Assembly: GCA_964352515.1 (NCBI GenBank)
Contig: CAYGSH010000001.1
Location: 21,756-84,627 of the forward strand
DNA length: 62,872 bases
Source of the DNA: an uncultured Methylophilaceae bacterium
GTDB taxonomy: Bacteria > Pseudomonadota > Gammaproteobacteria > Burkholderiales > Methylophilaceae
Direction: 5' to 3'
The stretch's first letter is position 1. Each line of letters starts with the position of its first letter. Positions 1 through 10,846 of the stretch are shown in pieces. The notes beneath the pieces are model-generated. The model ran no database searches. It saw only the letters and a program-made list of their open reading frames with translations, and was not told the origin of the DNA. A program made the translations under genes and the position numbers.

Positions 1-851
1 TTTGCAACACGTTGCTTAGCCTCGTTCATGTTGATCATATTAATAACCGGCGTTTTGAGCAACTCAACAAAATCATCTTTTTTAAGTCGCAATAGTTGCC
101 CTGCTGTTTTCATCGTAACCGTTGCATTACGTTTGGTATCAGATGCGAGTGCCTCTTCTCCAAAAGCGTCACCATCAGAAATTTCCGCTAATTCAACAGG
201 TGATTTACTCATATCATAAATACGACTAACAACAGCTGAACCTTCACGGATTAAATAATAATAATCACCTGCTTGTCCTTGCGTAACAATTATTTGGCCT
301 GCTTCAACATTGATTGTTGTTAGTCGCTTAAGTAAGGTTTCAATATTGGCTGGTGGTACTTTACTGAAGACACCGTTTTTAAGTTTAAATGCGTTAAAGG
401 TCTCTCCATCGATACTGAGATGCGGTGCTTTTAGCTTGTCTTTCTCACTTGTATTGTCATCTGAAGAAAAACCAGATATCTGATCCCATGTCAGCATAAT
501 ATCGAGTAAGTCTAAATCTATTCTCACCACCTCAATCGGCGTAATGGCAATCGTATCTTTTATTCTCAACTTCTCAGAATCGATTGGATGCTTTGCGGCA
601 GGAGTACCGCCACGAAGAACGAGCTTTTTACCATTTTCATAGCGAATACCCAAGTCACCTTTGATGAGATACAAGGCTTCCATACCCTGCTCACTTAAAC
701 GAGTCGGATCTAAGTTTTGACTAATCTTTTCAATAATGGTCACATCAGCCAACTCATCTAATCGACCCGGCGATAATTTGGAAATCGGTGCTAGCTGCAC
801 TAATATCTGCTTTCCTGCCATGAGTGGCTTATTTTCGGTTATTTGATCCAT
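1..851 (-). CDS. Cyclic nucleotide-binding (CAP_ED-type) domain protein. Only the N-terminal ~283 codons are present; the 3' end runs off the left edge.
   Basis: This ORF is absent from the supplied ORF track because it is truncated. Hand translation of the minus strand from the ATG at 851-849 stays open to position 1 (MDQITENKPLMAGKQILVQLAPISKL...). Residues ~165-270 show the cNMP-binding pattern (GQIIVTQGQAGDYYYLIREG ... GDAFGEEALASDTKRNATVT). It starts 23 nt after the stop of the upstream phosphodiesterase gene. Confidence 0.7.
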   Translation of the reverse strand, partial: MDQITENKPLMAGKQILVQLAPISKLSPGRLDELADVTIIEKISQNLDPTRLSEQGMEALYLIKGDLGIRYENGKKLVLRGGTPAAKHPIDSEKLRIKDTIAITPIEVVRIDLDLLDIMLTWDQISGFSSDDNTSEKDKLKAPHLSIDGETFNAFKLKNGVFSKVPPANIETLLKRLTTINVEAGQIIVTQGQAGDYYYLIREGSAVVSRIYDMSKSPVELAEISDGDAFGEEALASDTKRNATVTMKTAGQLLRLKKDDFVELLKTPVINMINMNEAKQRVA

Positions 852-874
852 AGGCTTATCAATACCTGACTGAG

Positions 875-1639
875 TTAAAGTTCAAAAACTTGCTGGTTGC
901 GTAAAGCAATACAATGCTTGGTGTTAGGATGCACTGCTATCTCTTCCATAATCTTAACACCCTCTCCTGGCTTTAAATGCGTAATGTAAACCTTTGGGTT
1001 ACTTTTTAAATACGTCAACTCTATCGCAAGTGTGTCAGGACATAAATGTTTTGCCTCTTTTGCTAACGCAGCATCTTTATTACTAAAGGCTGTCTCGATA
1101 ATAAGATATTTCAGATTATCGACTTTATTGACTTGATCCCAAAATTCTTTACAGCCTAAAGTATCTCCTGTAAAGGCCAAACTTGCATGCCCACTATTGA
1201 TTAAATAACCAACAGCAGGCACTCCATGATTTGCAGCTAATGCTGTTATTTTACGATGATCGAGTTCAACATCATCACCTTCATTCAATTCTTGATAGAT
1301 AAGTAAGGGCATTTCTGGGTTAGGGATTAAGTTAAAGTTAGGCCAGATTAACCAATTAAAGATATGTTCTTTTAAAATCTGAATCACTTGTCTATTCGCA
1401 TAAAGTGTAATAGGGGCGGTTCTTAATCCCAGCACTGTATCTAACAGCAACGGCAAATAAGCAATATGATCCATATGCGTATGGGTGATAAAAATATGGT
1501 CAATATTTTTTAAGGCATCAAGTGACAACGAACCAACTCCAGTACCAGCATCAATCAGTATATCGTCATCAATGATTATAGATGTGGTGAGCATTTCATT
1601 ACCAATTCCACCTCCACAACCTAAAATCTTAACTTGCAT
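875..1639 (-). CDS. Class II 3',5'-cyclic-nucleotide phosphodiesterase-like metallo-beta-lactamase-fold hydrolase
   Basis: 254 aa. It has an N-terminal ILGCGGG, an HTHMDHIAYLP metal motif (HxHxDH) and a size typical of CpdP/PDE1-type class II phosphodiesterases. It is co-oriented with, and immediately upstream of, a cNMP-binding protein. Confidence 0.6.
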   Translation of the reverse strand: MQVKILGCGGGIGNEMLTTSIIIDDDILIDAGTGVGSLSLDALKNIDHIFITHTHMDHIAYLPLLLDTVLGLRTAPITLYANRQVIQILKEHIFNWLIWPNFNLIPNPEMPLLIYQELNEGDDVELDHRKITALAANHGVPAVGYLINSGHASLAFTGDTLGCKEFWDQVNKVDNLKYLIIETAFSNKDAALAKEAKHLCPDTLAIELTYLKSNPKVYITHLKPGEGVKIMEEIAVHPNTKHCIALRNQQVFEL

Positions 1640-1808
1640 CTAAGCGTCTTTTCTTTCATCAATGGTTTTTTATTAAATGTTGAAAGCAATATTAGCAATA
1701 AACTTGCCAACTTTATTGATTCGTTAACAATCATGTCCAACTCGCTCGTTAGAAAATATAACCTCAAATCATTTATAATTTGTACTTATTTCATAAAAAG
1801 TTTCTAAC

Positions 1809-2462
1809 ATGACCGATAAACCCATCGAAATTGCCAACAATAATACACCAACTGGAAGTGTTATTTGGCTTCATGGTTTAGGTGCAGACGGTAATGACTT
1901 CAGTCCTGTTGTCGACATCCTATCTTTAGCGCAGCTTCGTTTTATTTTACCGCACGCACCTTTTCGTCAGGTATCCCTTAACAATGGCTATGAGATGCGC
2001 GCATGGTATGACCTATTTGGCCTTACAGCAAACGCACCACAAGATGAGGCTGGCATCCATGAGGCGCAGCATTTTATAGAAAGCTTGATTGAAAACGAAA
2101 TAGCAAGAGGAATACCTAGCGAAAGAATTGCCATTGTTGGATTCTCTCAAGGCGGCGCTATTGCATTGCATACCGCACTACGTTACAAACATTCATTAGC
2201 CGGCGTCATTGCGCTCTCTACCTATTTACCACTAAAAAACAAATTAGCGTTTGAAAAATCAGTAGAAAACCAACATATCCCTATTTTGATGGTGCATGGC
2301 GCTTACGATGAAGTCATTTCGCTTGATATGGCAAAAGCCTCAATGGAAACATTGCAATCAGAAAACTATGATGTTAACTGGCTCGAGTTTCCGATTGCAC
2401 ATAGTGTATCTGTTGAAGAAATTGATGAAATACGCACATTTTTGATGAAGATTATGAAGTGA
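1809..2462 (+). CDS. Carboxylesterase/phospholipase family alpha/beta hydrolase
   Basis: 217 aa with WLHGLGADGNDF, the nucleophile elbow GFSQGG and HGAYDEV (Abhydrolase_2 pattern). Confidence 0.85.
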   Translation: MTDKPIEIANNNTPTGSVIWLHGLGADGNDFSPVVDILSLAQLRFILPHAPFRQVSLNNGYEMRAWYDLFGLTANAPQDEAGIHEAQHFIESLIENEIARGIPSERIAIVGFSQGGAIALHTALRYKHSLAGVIALSTYLPLKNKLAFEKSVENQHIPILMVHGAYDEVISLDMAKASMETLQSENYDVNWLEFPIAHSVSVEEIDEIRTFLMKIMK

Positions 2463-2528
2463 TTAACTTTTAAGCGCAAGCGGTGATAAATTTTGTTAAA
2501 ATAGATTGATTAACCATAATATTAAGCC

Positions 2529-2768
2529 GTGCAATCAATGCAAAAGAAACGTTCTGCAACAACACCAAATTATGAAACTGCTGTTGCAGAATTAGAAACC
2601 ATTATCCAACAGATGGAATCTCAAAACCTAACACTTGAAGAATCTGCAGAGGCATACAAGCGTGGCGCCGAACTATTAAAAACATGTCAACAGCTTCTGT
2701 CTGAAACAGAGCAACAAATACGCATAGTTTCAGAAGACAATAATCTCAACACCTTCAATTTAGATTAA
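2529..2768 (+). CDS. xseB: Exodeoxyribonuclease VII small subunit
   Basis: 79 aa with the YETAVAELETIIQQME...LEESAEAYKRGAELLKTCQ pattern and the conserved xseB-ispA-dxs order. The start may be GTG at 2529 or ATG at 2538. Confidence 0.9.
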   Translation: MQSMQKKRSATTPNYETAVAELETIIQQMESQNLTLEESAEAYKRGAELLKTCQQLLSETEQQIRIVSEDNNLNTFNLD

Positions 2769-2773
2769 ATTTA

Positions 2774-3700
2774 TTGATGATAAACGAAGCAACAACCTCA
2801 GCAGAAAACCAGTCTCAAGCATTCAACACTTGGGTTAGCAACATGCAATTGCATATTGAAGGAATTTTAGATAAACATTTACCTGCGCCAAACATTACCC
2901 CCGAACGTCTACATGATGCAATGCGCTATGCTTCACTAGGAGGTGGCAAAAGAATTAGAGCGCTACTTGCTTATGCTGCAGGAGAGTTTTGTGGCGCAAA
3001 CACAGAAAAAGTAGACGCCGCCGCTGCCGCGGTTGAGTTGATTCATGCATTTTCACTAGTTCACGATGATCTACCCTGTATGGACAATGATGATTTGCGT
3101 CGAGGAAAACCATCAACCCATAAAAAATATGGAGATGCAATTGCCCTATTGGTGGGTGATGCATTACAAAGCTTGGCTTTTCAACTCATTTCGCAAGATT
3201 TAAACATTAGAAGCCCACAGAAAATTAAAATGCTACATTTGCTTTCAATAGCAACGGGCTCTAGAGGTATGGCAGGTGGGCAAGCCATTGATATAGAAAA
3301 TGTAGGCATTCCGCTAACGCAAGCAGAACTTGAAACCATGCATATCCATAAAACAGGTGCGCTCATCCGTGCAGCTACATTGATGGGCGCTTATAGTGCT
3401 TACCGTCAGAATGATGAAAAAATTAAAGCTGCAGATCACTTCTCAAAATCAATTGGATTAGCATTTCAAGTGATTGATGACATACTTGATGCAGAAGCAG
3501 ATACTGCTACCTTAGGCAAAACAGCCGGTAAAGATGCTAATGCCAATAAATCGACTTATGTTACAATTTTGGGGATGCATGAAGCGAAAAAGCTTGCCGA
3601 AGAGTTACATGCAAACGCAATGGCTGCGCTTTCTTTTTATGGGCGAGAAGCAGATTTATTACGTTATTTAGCCAACCTTATTACTCAACGTAATTTCTAA
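2774..3700 (+). CDS. ispA: Farnesyl diphosphate synthase ((2E,6E)-FPP synthase)
   Basis: Both aspartate-rich motifs are present (LVHDDLPCMDNDDLRRGKP and FQVIDDILD). It sits between xseB and dxs. Confidence 0.92.
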   Translation: MMINEATTSAENQSQAFNTWVSNMQLHIEGILDKHLPAPNITPERLHDAMRYASLGGGKRIRALLAYAAGEFCGANTEKVDAAAAAVELIHAFSLVHDDLPCMDNDDLRRGKPSTHKKYGDAIALLVGDALQSLAFQLISQDLNIRSPQKIKMLHLLSIATGSRGMAGGQAIDIENVGIPLTQAELETMHIHKTGALIRAATLMGAYSAYRQNDEKIKAADHFSKSIGLAFQVIDDILDAEADTATLGKTAGKDANANKSTYVTILGMHEAKKLAEELHANAMAALSFYGREADLLRYLANLITQRNF

Positions 3701-3718
3701 TTCATAAGCCCAAGTTTT

Positions 3719-5584
3719 ATGACCGACTTATTGTCCACTATCAATTCACCCTTTGACTTACGTCACTTAGATAAAAAACAACTGAAAGAACTTGCAGGGG
3801 AGCTACGTACTTTTTTAATCAACAGCGTATCCAAAACTGGAGGCCATTTAGCTTCCAATTTAGGTGTTGTTGAATTAACGCTAGCGTTACATTATGTGTT
3901 TGATACACCTAATGACAAACTTGTTTGGGACGTAGGCCATCAAACCTATCCGCATAAAATATTAACTGGGCGGCGTAATGAGATGAGCCAATTACGCAAA
4001 CAAAACGGCATTGCCGGTTTCCCCAGAAAGTCAGAAAGCATTTACGATACATTTGGAACTGGTCATTCGAGTACATCAATTTCAGCAGCACTTGGTATGG
4101 CTGTTGCGGCAAAACAAGCTGGATCTGATCGGCATAGTGTTGCCATTATTGGCGATGGGGCTATGACGGCAGGCATGGCGTTTGAAGCCTTGAATTGTGC
4201 TGGCGATACCAACGCAAATTTACTTGTGATTTTAAACGACAATGATATGAGTATTTCTAAGAATGTGGGGGCATTGAATAACTACCTTGCGAAACTACTT
4301 TCAAGCCGATTCTATGACAGCGTCCGCCAAACTGGAAAGCATGTGTTAGACATTGTTCCACCCGTTAAAGAGTTTGCAAGAAGAGCAGAAGAACATGCAA
4401 AAGGCATGGTCTATCCCGGCGGAACACTTTTTGAAGAATTGGGTTTTAATTACATTGGCCCTATTGATGGTCATGATATGGACACCTTAATTGCGACACT
4501 TAACAATATCAAAGCTTTAAATGGATTGCAGTTTTTGCATATTGTTACGCAAAAAGGCAAAGGATTTGAGCCTGCAGAAGATGATCCTAATAAATACCAT
4601 GGTGTTAATAAATTTGATCCATGTAATGGAGTATCTCATCATAAAAGTGATAAAAAAACATACACACAAGTTTTCTCCGACTGGTTAGTTGATATGGCTG
4701 AAAGTGATGACAGACTTGTGGCCATCACACCTGCCATGTGTGATGGTAGCGGATTGAATGCATTTGCAGAAAAGTTTCCAAATCGCTATTTTGATGTTGG
4801 AATTGCAGAACAACATGCCGTTACGTTTGCGGGCGGCATGGCTTGTGATGGAATAAAACCAGTTGTTGCAATTTATAGCACGTTTTTACAAAGAGCCTAT
4901 GACCAGCTCATTCATGATATTGCATTACAAAACTTAGATGTTTTATTTGCGATTGATCGCGCTGGATTAGTTGGGGCAGATGGTCCAACGCATGCCGGCA
5001 GTTTTGATTTATCCTACTTGCGCTGCATCCCGAATATGGTCATCATGGCTGCTAGCAATGAAAATGAATGTCGCCAAATGTTGACGACAGGTTACCAATA
5101 TCAAGGACCTGCAGCCGTTAGATATCCCAGAGGTGCAGGAACAGGAGAACTGGTCTCAACTTCACTAGATGCAATAGCAATTGGCAAAGGCGAAGTGATG
5201 TATCGTGCTTCGCAAGAAAAGGGGATAAGCATAGCCATATTAGCTTTTGGTAGCATGTTGGCCCCTAGTATGGAGGCTGGTAAAGCATTTAATGCTTCTG
5301 TGATTAATATGCGTTTTATCAAACCATTAGATATCGATTTAATTATTGAAATGGCAAAAACACATGATTTAATCATCACTACAGAAGAGAATTCTGTCAT
5401 GGGGGGCGCTGGTTCAGCAGTGATGGAAGCAATGCAAGCACATGATATCAACACCCCACTAAAGTGTTTGGGACTTCCTGATGTATTTATAGAACATGGC
5501 GTTCATGAAACTATGTTGTCAGAATGTGGTCTTGATAGTGCTGGCATTAAAAAAGCCATTCAAAACAAAATTTTAACGCTTTGA
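3719..5584 (+). CDS. dxs: 1-deoxy-D-xylulose-5-phosphate synthase
   Basis: 621 aa with the thiamine diphosphate motif [15 protein letters not shown]...[15 protein letters not shown], and full-length Dxs architecture. Confidence 0.97.
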   Translation: MTDLLSTINSPFDLRHLDKKQLKELAGELRTFLINSVSKTGGHLASNLGVVELTLALHYVFDTPNDKLVWDVGHQTYPHKILTGRRNEMSQLRKQNGIAGFPRKSESIYDTFGTGHSSTSISAALGMAVAAKQAGSDRHSVAIIGDGAMTAGMAFEALNCAGDTNANLLVILNDNDMSISKNVGALNNYLAKLLSSRFYDSVRQTGKHVLDIVPPVKEFARRAEEHAKGMVYPGGTLFEELGFNYIGPIDGHDMDTLIATLNNIKALNGLQFLHIVTQKGKGFEPAEDDPNKYHGVNKFDPCNGVSHHKSDKKTYTQVFSDWLVDMAESDDRLVAITPAMCDGSGLNAFAEKFPNRYFDVGIAEQHAVTFAGGMACDGIKPVVAIYSTFLQRAYDQLIHDIALQNLDVLFAIDRAGLVGADGPTHAGSFDLSYLRCIPNMVIMAASNENECRQMLTTGYQYQGPAAVRYPRGAGTGELVSTSLDAIAIGKGEVMYRASQEKGISIAILAFGSMLAPSMEAGKAFNASVINMRFIKPLDIDLIIEMAKTHDLIITTEENSVMGGAGSAVMEAMQAHDINTPLKCLGLPDVFIEHGVHETMLSECGLDSAGIKKAIQNKILTL

Positions 5585-5694
5585 CTTTTGCTTAATTAAA
5601 AAATCAAAAAAATAAAGCATTTACACATTGATGTATGCGAGTAGAATTATGATGTTGACTTAGCATATATAAACTTTGGAGACCCATTTATTAT

Positions 5695-6516
5695 ATGAAC
5701 CAACCAAACTTACCAAATAACCAATTGGAAGGTATAGAAGACGTACAAAATAGACCAGATATACGCCACTTAGATATAAATAAAGTGGGTATTAAGTCTA
5801 TTCGCCATCCAGTTGTCGTAAAAGATAAAAATGGTGGGGAACAAAATACTGTTGCCATTTTTGATATGTATGTACATTTACCGCATAACTTTAAAGGTAC
5901 GCATATGTCTCGCTTTGTTGAAATTCTCAACATTAATGAGCACGCTATTTCTGTTGAGTCTTTCGAAACAATACTCCGTGAAATGGTCAGTCGTTTAGAA
6001 GCAAGCTCTGGCTATGTAGAAATGCGATTCCCATATTTTGTGAACAAATCAGCCCCTGTATCTGGTGTTAATAGCTTACTTGATTATGATGTGACATTTA
6101 TTGGCGAAATCAAAAATGATGAGTTTACAATCACCATAAAAGTATTGGTACCTGTGACGAGCTTATGTCCATGCAGTAAAAAAATATCAGATTATGGTGC
6201 GCATAACCAACGTTCTCATGTAACAGTTACTGCGCTAATCAATGACTTCATTTGGATAGAAGATATTATTTCACTTGTCGAAAAGCAAGCCTCGTGTGAG
6301 CTCTATGGTTTATTAAAACGCCCTGATGAAAAATACGTGACAGAGCGTGCTTATGACAATCCAAAATTTGTTGAAGACATGGTCCGCGATGTTGCCTCTG
6401 CACTAAATAGTGAAAAACGAATTGATAGCTATATTGTTGAAAGTGAAAATTTCGAATCAATCCACAACCACTCAGCTTATGCTTTAATAGAGCATGATAA
6501 AAGAAATAAGCTATAA
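5695..6516 (+). CDS. folE2: GTP cyclohydrolase I type 2 (FolE2/MptA family)
   Basis: 273 aa with the N-terminal [26 protein letters not shown], and CPCSK...GAHNQRS metal/active-site patterns typical of FolE2. Confidence 0.88.
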   Translation: MNQPNLPNNQLEGIEDVQNRPDIRHLDINKVGIKSIRHPVVVKDKNGGEQNTVAIFDMYVHLPHNFKGTHMSRFVEILNINEHAISVESFETILREMVSRLEASSGYVEMRFPYFVNKSAPVSGVNSLLDYDVTFIGEIKNDEFTITIKVLVPVTSLCPCSKKISDYGAHNQRSHVTVTALINDFIWIEDIISLVEKQASCELYGLLKRPDEKYVTERAYDNPKFVEDMVRDVASALNSEKRIDSYIVESENFESIHNHSAYALIEHDKRNKL

Positions 6517-6544
6517 TTGTACGCAAACCATATGAGGATACGTA

Positions 6545-6763
6545 GTGCAAGATAAAACAGCCAATGAAGAAAAGGCCTCTATTTTCCAAGTGATTCGCAT
6601 GGTGCTATGGACTATGATTGGCATTAGAGCACAAAAAGGCTATCAGGAAGACATTGCCAAAATCAAACCAAAACAAGCCATCATAGCGGGGATCATTGGT
6701 GCGATTATATTTGTATTAACTGTTTTAATGCTTGTAAACTTGGCCATTAAGTACTTAGGCTAA
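6545..6763 (+). CDS. Small membrane protein, DUF2970-like
   Basis: 72 aa with a GTG start behind a GAGGA Shine-Dalgarno sequence. It has the pattern FQVIRMVLWTMIGIRAQKGYQED followed by one C-terminal transmembrane helix. Confidence 0.6.
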   Translation: MQDKTANEEKASIFQVIRMVLWTMIGIRAQKGYQEDIAKIKPKQAIIAGIIGAIIFVLTVLMLVNLAIKYLG

Positions 6764-6798
6764 TTTTTAGATTCGTTTTTTTAAATCAGGAATTTAAT

Positions 6799-7002
6799 AT
6801 GTCATCAGTCGCAAAAGTTATTGAAATTATCGCTTCAAGTGAGAACAGTTTTGAAGATGCCGTGCAAAATGGCATAGCAAAAGCATCAGAGTCTGTTAAA
6901 GACATTACAAGCGCTTGGATTCAGGATCAAAGCGTAAAAGTGAAAGACGGAAAAGTGACAAAATATCGTGTTGTATTAAAAGTCACTTTTATCGTGAAAT
7001 AA
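6799..7002 (+). CDS. Dodecin family (flavin-binding) protein
   Basis: 67 aa (VAKVIEIIASSENSFEDAVQNGIAKASESVKDITSAWIQDQSVKV...). Length and sequence pattern fit a bacterial dodecin. Confidence 0.8.
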   Translation: MSSVAKVIEIIASSENSFEDAVQNGIAKASESVKDITSAWIQDQSVKVKDGKVTKYRVVLKVTFIVK

Positions 7003-7005
7003 TCA

Positions 7006-7056
7006 GCTTAATTTAATAAAAAAACGAGTAGTTAACGTTTTTTTATTAAATTAAGC
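7006..7056. terminator. Bidirectional intrinsic terminator-like perfect 21-bp inverted repeat between convergent genes
   Basis: gcttaatttaataaaaaaacg (7006-7026), a 9-nt loop, then cgtttttttattaaattaagc (7036-7056). The A and T runs sit inside the arms, so it could terminate transcription in both directions. Confidence 0.6.
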
Positions 7057-7060
7057 AAAA

Positions 7061-7723
7061 CTAATATTTTTTCGTTAATGTCATTGTTGAGTTTTCGCGC
7101 TTAATATCTAATCTATTTTGCGCAGACATACCCAAAAGTACAAATGGTGGGGAACCGCCTTCAATAATTGTTGCTTCAACGTTGTTCAGTATAATCGTAC
7201 CAATCTTTAGTGTATTAAGTGTCACTTGATGCGCTGACACAACTCCATTTGCAGTTGACATAGTCACTTTCTGACCTCTTGCATAATCAATTTTGGCATA
7301 CTTGGCATCTCCGCTATTTAAGGTGACGCTCGTTGCACCGCTATCAATAACGTATTTTAGTGAAGCCCCATTGATGGTTAAGTTTCCAAAAAAATGGCCT
7401 GCGCTATCTGCATATAAATGCACAGGTGAATTTAACTCACTTTCAGAAGAAGAATTATTGGCTGAACCAACTGATGCGGCTTGGCCCATCCCTAATACTT
7501 GTCGATTACCTTCAATTAATAATGTAGCCGAGCTGCTGTTTGCAGAAATCAACTTAACGCCATTTTTAATTTGCCCCGCTTTTAAACTGTGAGGGCCACT
7601 ACCATTAATCATGATAAGCGCTTTATTGTTAAATAAGCCCACAACATTAACTTGTGTATCAGCAACTGCTTTTAACGTAAACACCAAAAGCACTAAAAAA
7701 AACATTTTATTAAAACTTTTCAT
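7061..7723 (-). CDS. Retropepsin-like (clan AA, TIGR02281-type) aspartic protease with signal peptide
   Basis: 220 aa with a signal peptide. GHFFGNLTINGASLKYVIDSGATSVTL contains the D-S-G-A catalytic motif. Confidence 0.75.
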   Translation of the reverse strand: MKSFNKMFFLVLLVFTLKAVADTQVNVVGLFNNKALIMINGSGPHSLKAGQIKNGVKLISANSSSATLLIEGNRQVLGMGQAASVGSANNSSSESELNSPVHLYADSAGHFFGNLTINGASLKYVIDSGATSVTLNSGDAKYAKIDYARGQKVTMSTANGVVSAHQVTLNTLKIGTIILNNVEATIIEGGSPPFVLLGMSAQNRLDIKRENSTMTLTKKY

Positions 7724-7743
7724 CTTTACTCCAACATGTTTAC

Positions 7744-8913
7744 TTAACCAAACATGGATTGTCCACCATGTGAGTTGGACAACTTTAAACCCAATGCTAT
7801 CACAGCAAAACCAATCAGTGGAAACAATGCCACTAACAAGAAAGTTAATTGTCCACCTAACAGCTCTAATGCAAAACCGCCTGCAATACCGCCAATAGCA
7901 CCGCCAAGACCATATGTGACACTATTATAAATAGCTTGACCTTTTGCCTGGTGCCTACCATTAAAAAATTGTGCAACAACTTCAATGGTAGCAGCATGAA
8001 AGCTACCAAACGTGGCGGCATGTAAACTTTGTGCCAATAATAGTAAATAAAGGTTATCAACTGCAACGCCTATGATTACAAAACGGATGACGGCCAATAT
8101 TAAGCTAACTAAGATTACTGATTTAAGACTAAATCGACGCATGATGCTGGGCATCAATATAAAAATAAAAATTTCACAGACCACGCCAATAGACCACAAC
8201 CAACCAATCATCCCTTTGCTATAGCCATGTTCCGCCAAATAGATTGAGTAAAAATTATAAAGAACACCATGTGCTGTGACCATTAATGCACATCCAACCA
8301 ATAACGCAATCACTGTTGGGTTTTTAATAATATTCCATACTGAGAAATGATCGGTGTGATGTGGGGCAACCTTCACTTCAGGAAGCGTAAAAGTCAGCAC
8401 AAATAATGCAATTTGAACGACTAAAATAGCCCAAAGTAAACTTGATATCCCGGCCCAATCAATAAGATAACCTAGTGATATAGAGGCCACGATAAAGCCA
8501 ACAGAACCCCACATGCGAATACGGCTGTAATACCCTTTGGTATTGGCAAGATGTGCAAGCGTTAAAGATTCGGAAAGCGGCATGGTAGAACTCGTAAACA
8601 GACTTAACGCACCCATGACAAGCAGCATAGGCCAAAAACCTTGCACCCAGAAAACGGCAACAAACCCTAACACACCTAATACAGTATTAAGCCTAATCCA
8701 AATGGTTCGCTTTTGGGTATGATCTGCTAGCCACCCCCAAAAATTGGGGGCAAATATTCGGCTAATTTGGAATATGGACATTAAAATACCGATTTCAATT
8801 GGCGAAAACTGCTCTGATTGTAAATACAAGGCCCAATACGGAACAAATAATCCAACAAAGAAGTAATAGACGAAATAGAAACTTGATAGATTTCTATGTA
8901 ATGTATGGCTCAA
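7744..8913 (-). CDS. MFS transporter (HcaT/MFS_1_like type)
   Basis: 389 aa with about 12 hydrophobic segments and an N-terminal FYFVYYFFVGLFVPYWALYL pattern. Confidence 0.8.
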   Translation of the reverse strand: MSHTLHRNLSSFYFVYYFFVGLFVPYWALYLQSEQFSPIEIGILMSIFQISRIFAPNFWGWLADHTQKRTIWIRLNTVLGVLGFVAVFWVQGFWPMLLVMGALSLFTSSTMPLSESLTLAHLANTKGYYSRIRMWGSVGFIVASISLGYLIDWAGISSLLWAILVVQIALFVLTFTLPEVKVAPHHTDHFSVWNIIKNPTVIALLVGCALMVTAHGVLYNFYSIYLAEHGYSKGMIGWLWSIGVVCEIFIFILMPSIMRRFSLKSVILVSLILAVIRFVIIGVAVDNLYLLLLAQSLHAATFGSFHAATIEVVAQFFNGRHQAKGQAIYNSVTYGLGGAIGGIAGGFALELLGGQLTFLLVALFPLIGFAVIALGLKLSNSHGGQSMFG

Positions 8914-8939
8914 TGGATTGAATACTAAATTTGCGTAAA

Positions 8940-10025
8940 TTATATGGTTGGGGTTTCACATTGCACATCTGCATTTTGCGCGCGATCTCGTAAAGCGTGA
9001 TCCATCAAAACAATGGCTAACATGGCTTCTGCAATCGGTGTTGCTCTAACTCCCACACAAGGGTCATGCCTGCCTGTTGTTTGCATAGACAAATCATTAC
9101 CGCTTTTATCAATTGAGCGCCTGGCTTGTGGGATACTCGATGTTGGTTTTAAAGCAATATTGACATGAATATTTTGACCAGTTGAAATGCCGCCTAAAAC
9201 ACCGCCTGCATTATTGGTCGCAAACCCGCCTGATGTCATCTCATCCGAATGCACTGTTCCACGCTGAGAAACACTTGCAAATCCTGAACCAACCTCCACT
9301 CCCTTAACAGCGTTAATGCCCATCATCGCATGCGCAATATCTGCATCTAAACGATCAAAGACAGGCTCACCCCATCCTACTGGCACACCTTCAGCAATGA
9401 TACTGATACGTGCGCCTACAGAATCCCGTTCATTACGTATCGTATCTAAATAAGCTTCAAGCTGAGGCAATACATCAAGATTAGGTGAAAAAAATGGATT
9501 TTCATTTACATGAGTCCAACTTTGAAATGGGATATCTATTTCACCAACTTGACTCATATACCCCCGAAATTCAACATTAAATCGTTCTATTAACCAATTT
9601 TTAGCGATGCCTCCCGCGGCAACTCGAACAGCGGTTTCACGAGCGCTTGAGCGACCTCCACCACGATAGTCACGAAAACCATATTTTTGGCTATAGGTAT
9701 AATCAGCATGGCCTGGACGAAATGTATCTTTTATTTTACTGTAGTCTTGACTTCGCTGGTCCGTATTTCTAATCAACAAACCAATTGGAGCGCCAGTGGT
9801 TTTTCCTTCAAACACACCAGATAAAATTTCTACTAAATCAGCTTCTTTTCGCTGAGTAACATGCCTTGAAGTACCTGGTTTACGGCGATCTAAATCAAGC
9901 TGCAAGTCTTCGGCACAAAGTGATAAGCCTGGCGGACATCCATCAACCACACCACCAATAGCGGGGCCATGAGACTCGCCAAAAGTCGTTAATGTAAATA
10001 ATTTGCCGATGGTGTTACCTGACAT
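8940..10025 (-). CDS. aroC: Chorismate synthase
   Basis: 361 aa with [30 protein letters not shown] and RHDPCVG motifs. Confidence 0.97.
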   Translation of the reverse strand: MSGNTIGKLFTLTTFGESHGPAIGGVVDGCPPGLSLCAEDLQLDLDRRKPGTSRHVTQRKEADLVEILSGVFEGKTTGAPIGLLIRNTDQRSQDYSKIKDTFRPGHADYTYSQKYGFRDYRGGGRSSARETAVRVAAGGIAKNWLIERFNVEFRGYMSQVGEIDIPFQSWTHVNENPFFSPNLDVLPQLEAYLDTIRNERDSVGARISIIAEGVPVGWGEPVFDRLDADIAHAMMGINAVKGVEVGSGFASVSQRGTVHSDEMTSGGFATNNAGGVLGGISTGQNIHVNIALKPTSSIPQARRSIDKSGNDLSMQTTGRHDPCVGVRATPIAEAMLAIVLMDHALRDRAQNADVQCETPTI

Positions 10026-10122
10026 GGTGCAATCTCAATATTAAAAATGAATACGGATTTTACCACAATGGTTAGTTTTACTAGTAAATCCTAATATGGC
10101 AATACACGTTGTTAATGAAACA

Positions 10123-10830
10123 TTAAGTCGCTAAACCGTTAATCCATTGAGAGTATAAAGTATGTGCTGTTTTGTTCAATTTTTTAACACGTTCAGATAG
10201 ATTTTCTAACATTTCCTGTTTTGTTTGCACACCAGGACTATGATTAAATGAATGCACTTGAGACTCCCAACATTGACTCCATTTTTTAACGAGTGAATCC
10301 GTGATTTCTACATGGCATTGCAAAGCTAAATGCTTACCAATACCATAGGCTTGGTTAAGACAGTATTCACTTGATAATAAACGAGTTGCCCCAACCGGCA
10401 AGGAAAATGTTTCGCCATGCCAATGAAAGCCTAAAAACTGTTTCGTTGCGCCAAACCATTTTTCAGCATCCTCATTCTCGTGCACAATCAACTCACCCCA
10501 ACCAATCTCTTGAACAGGATTGGTGGTCACATTCGCGCCAAACGCTTTGCTCATCAACTGACCTCCCAGACAATGTCCAATAACTGGAATATCTTTATCA
10601 ACAGCCATTTGAATAAGCTTTATTGTTTGCGGAATCCATGGCAAATCATCATTCACACTCATGGGACCCCCCATTAAAACTAAACCACTATAACGGTTGA
10701 TTGACATTGGAATATCATCACTTAAGTCAAGCCGCACTTCATGCCATGGAATTGCATGTTCGTTTAAAAAAGCACCTAAATAGCCTGCTCCTTCGCAATG
10801 CGCATTCCTAAAAACAACCACTGGTTTCAT
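10123..10830 (-). CDS. Class I (type 1) glutamine amidotransferase domain protein
   Basis: 235 aa with the nucleophile elbow GHCLGGQL and a downstream HWHGETF. Confidence 0.8.
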   Translation of the reverse strand: MKPVVVFRNAHCEGAGYLGAFLNEHAIPWHEVRLDLSDDIPMSINRYSGLVLMGGPMSVNDDLPWIPQTIKLIQMAVDKDIPVIGHCLGGQLMSKAFGANVTTNPVQEIGWGELIVHENEDAEKWFGATKQFLGFHWHGETFSLPVGATRLLSSEYCLNQAYGIGKHLALQCHVEITDSLVKKWSQCWESQVHSFNHSPGVQTKQEMLENLSERVKKLNKTAHTLYSQWINGLAT

Positions 10831-10846
10831 TTCTATTCCTAAAACA

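Noticed and set aside
5585-5694. I looked for a Zur box upstream of folE2, because FolE2 is often the zinc-independent, Zur-regulated isozyme.
   Set aside because: I could not find a convincing AT-rich palindrome of the GTAATGTTATAACATTAC type. This folE2 may be constitutive or may be the only copy.
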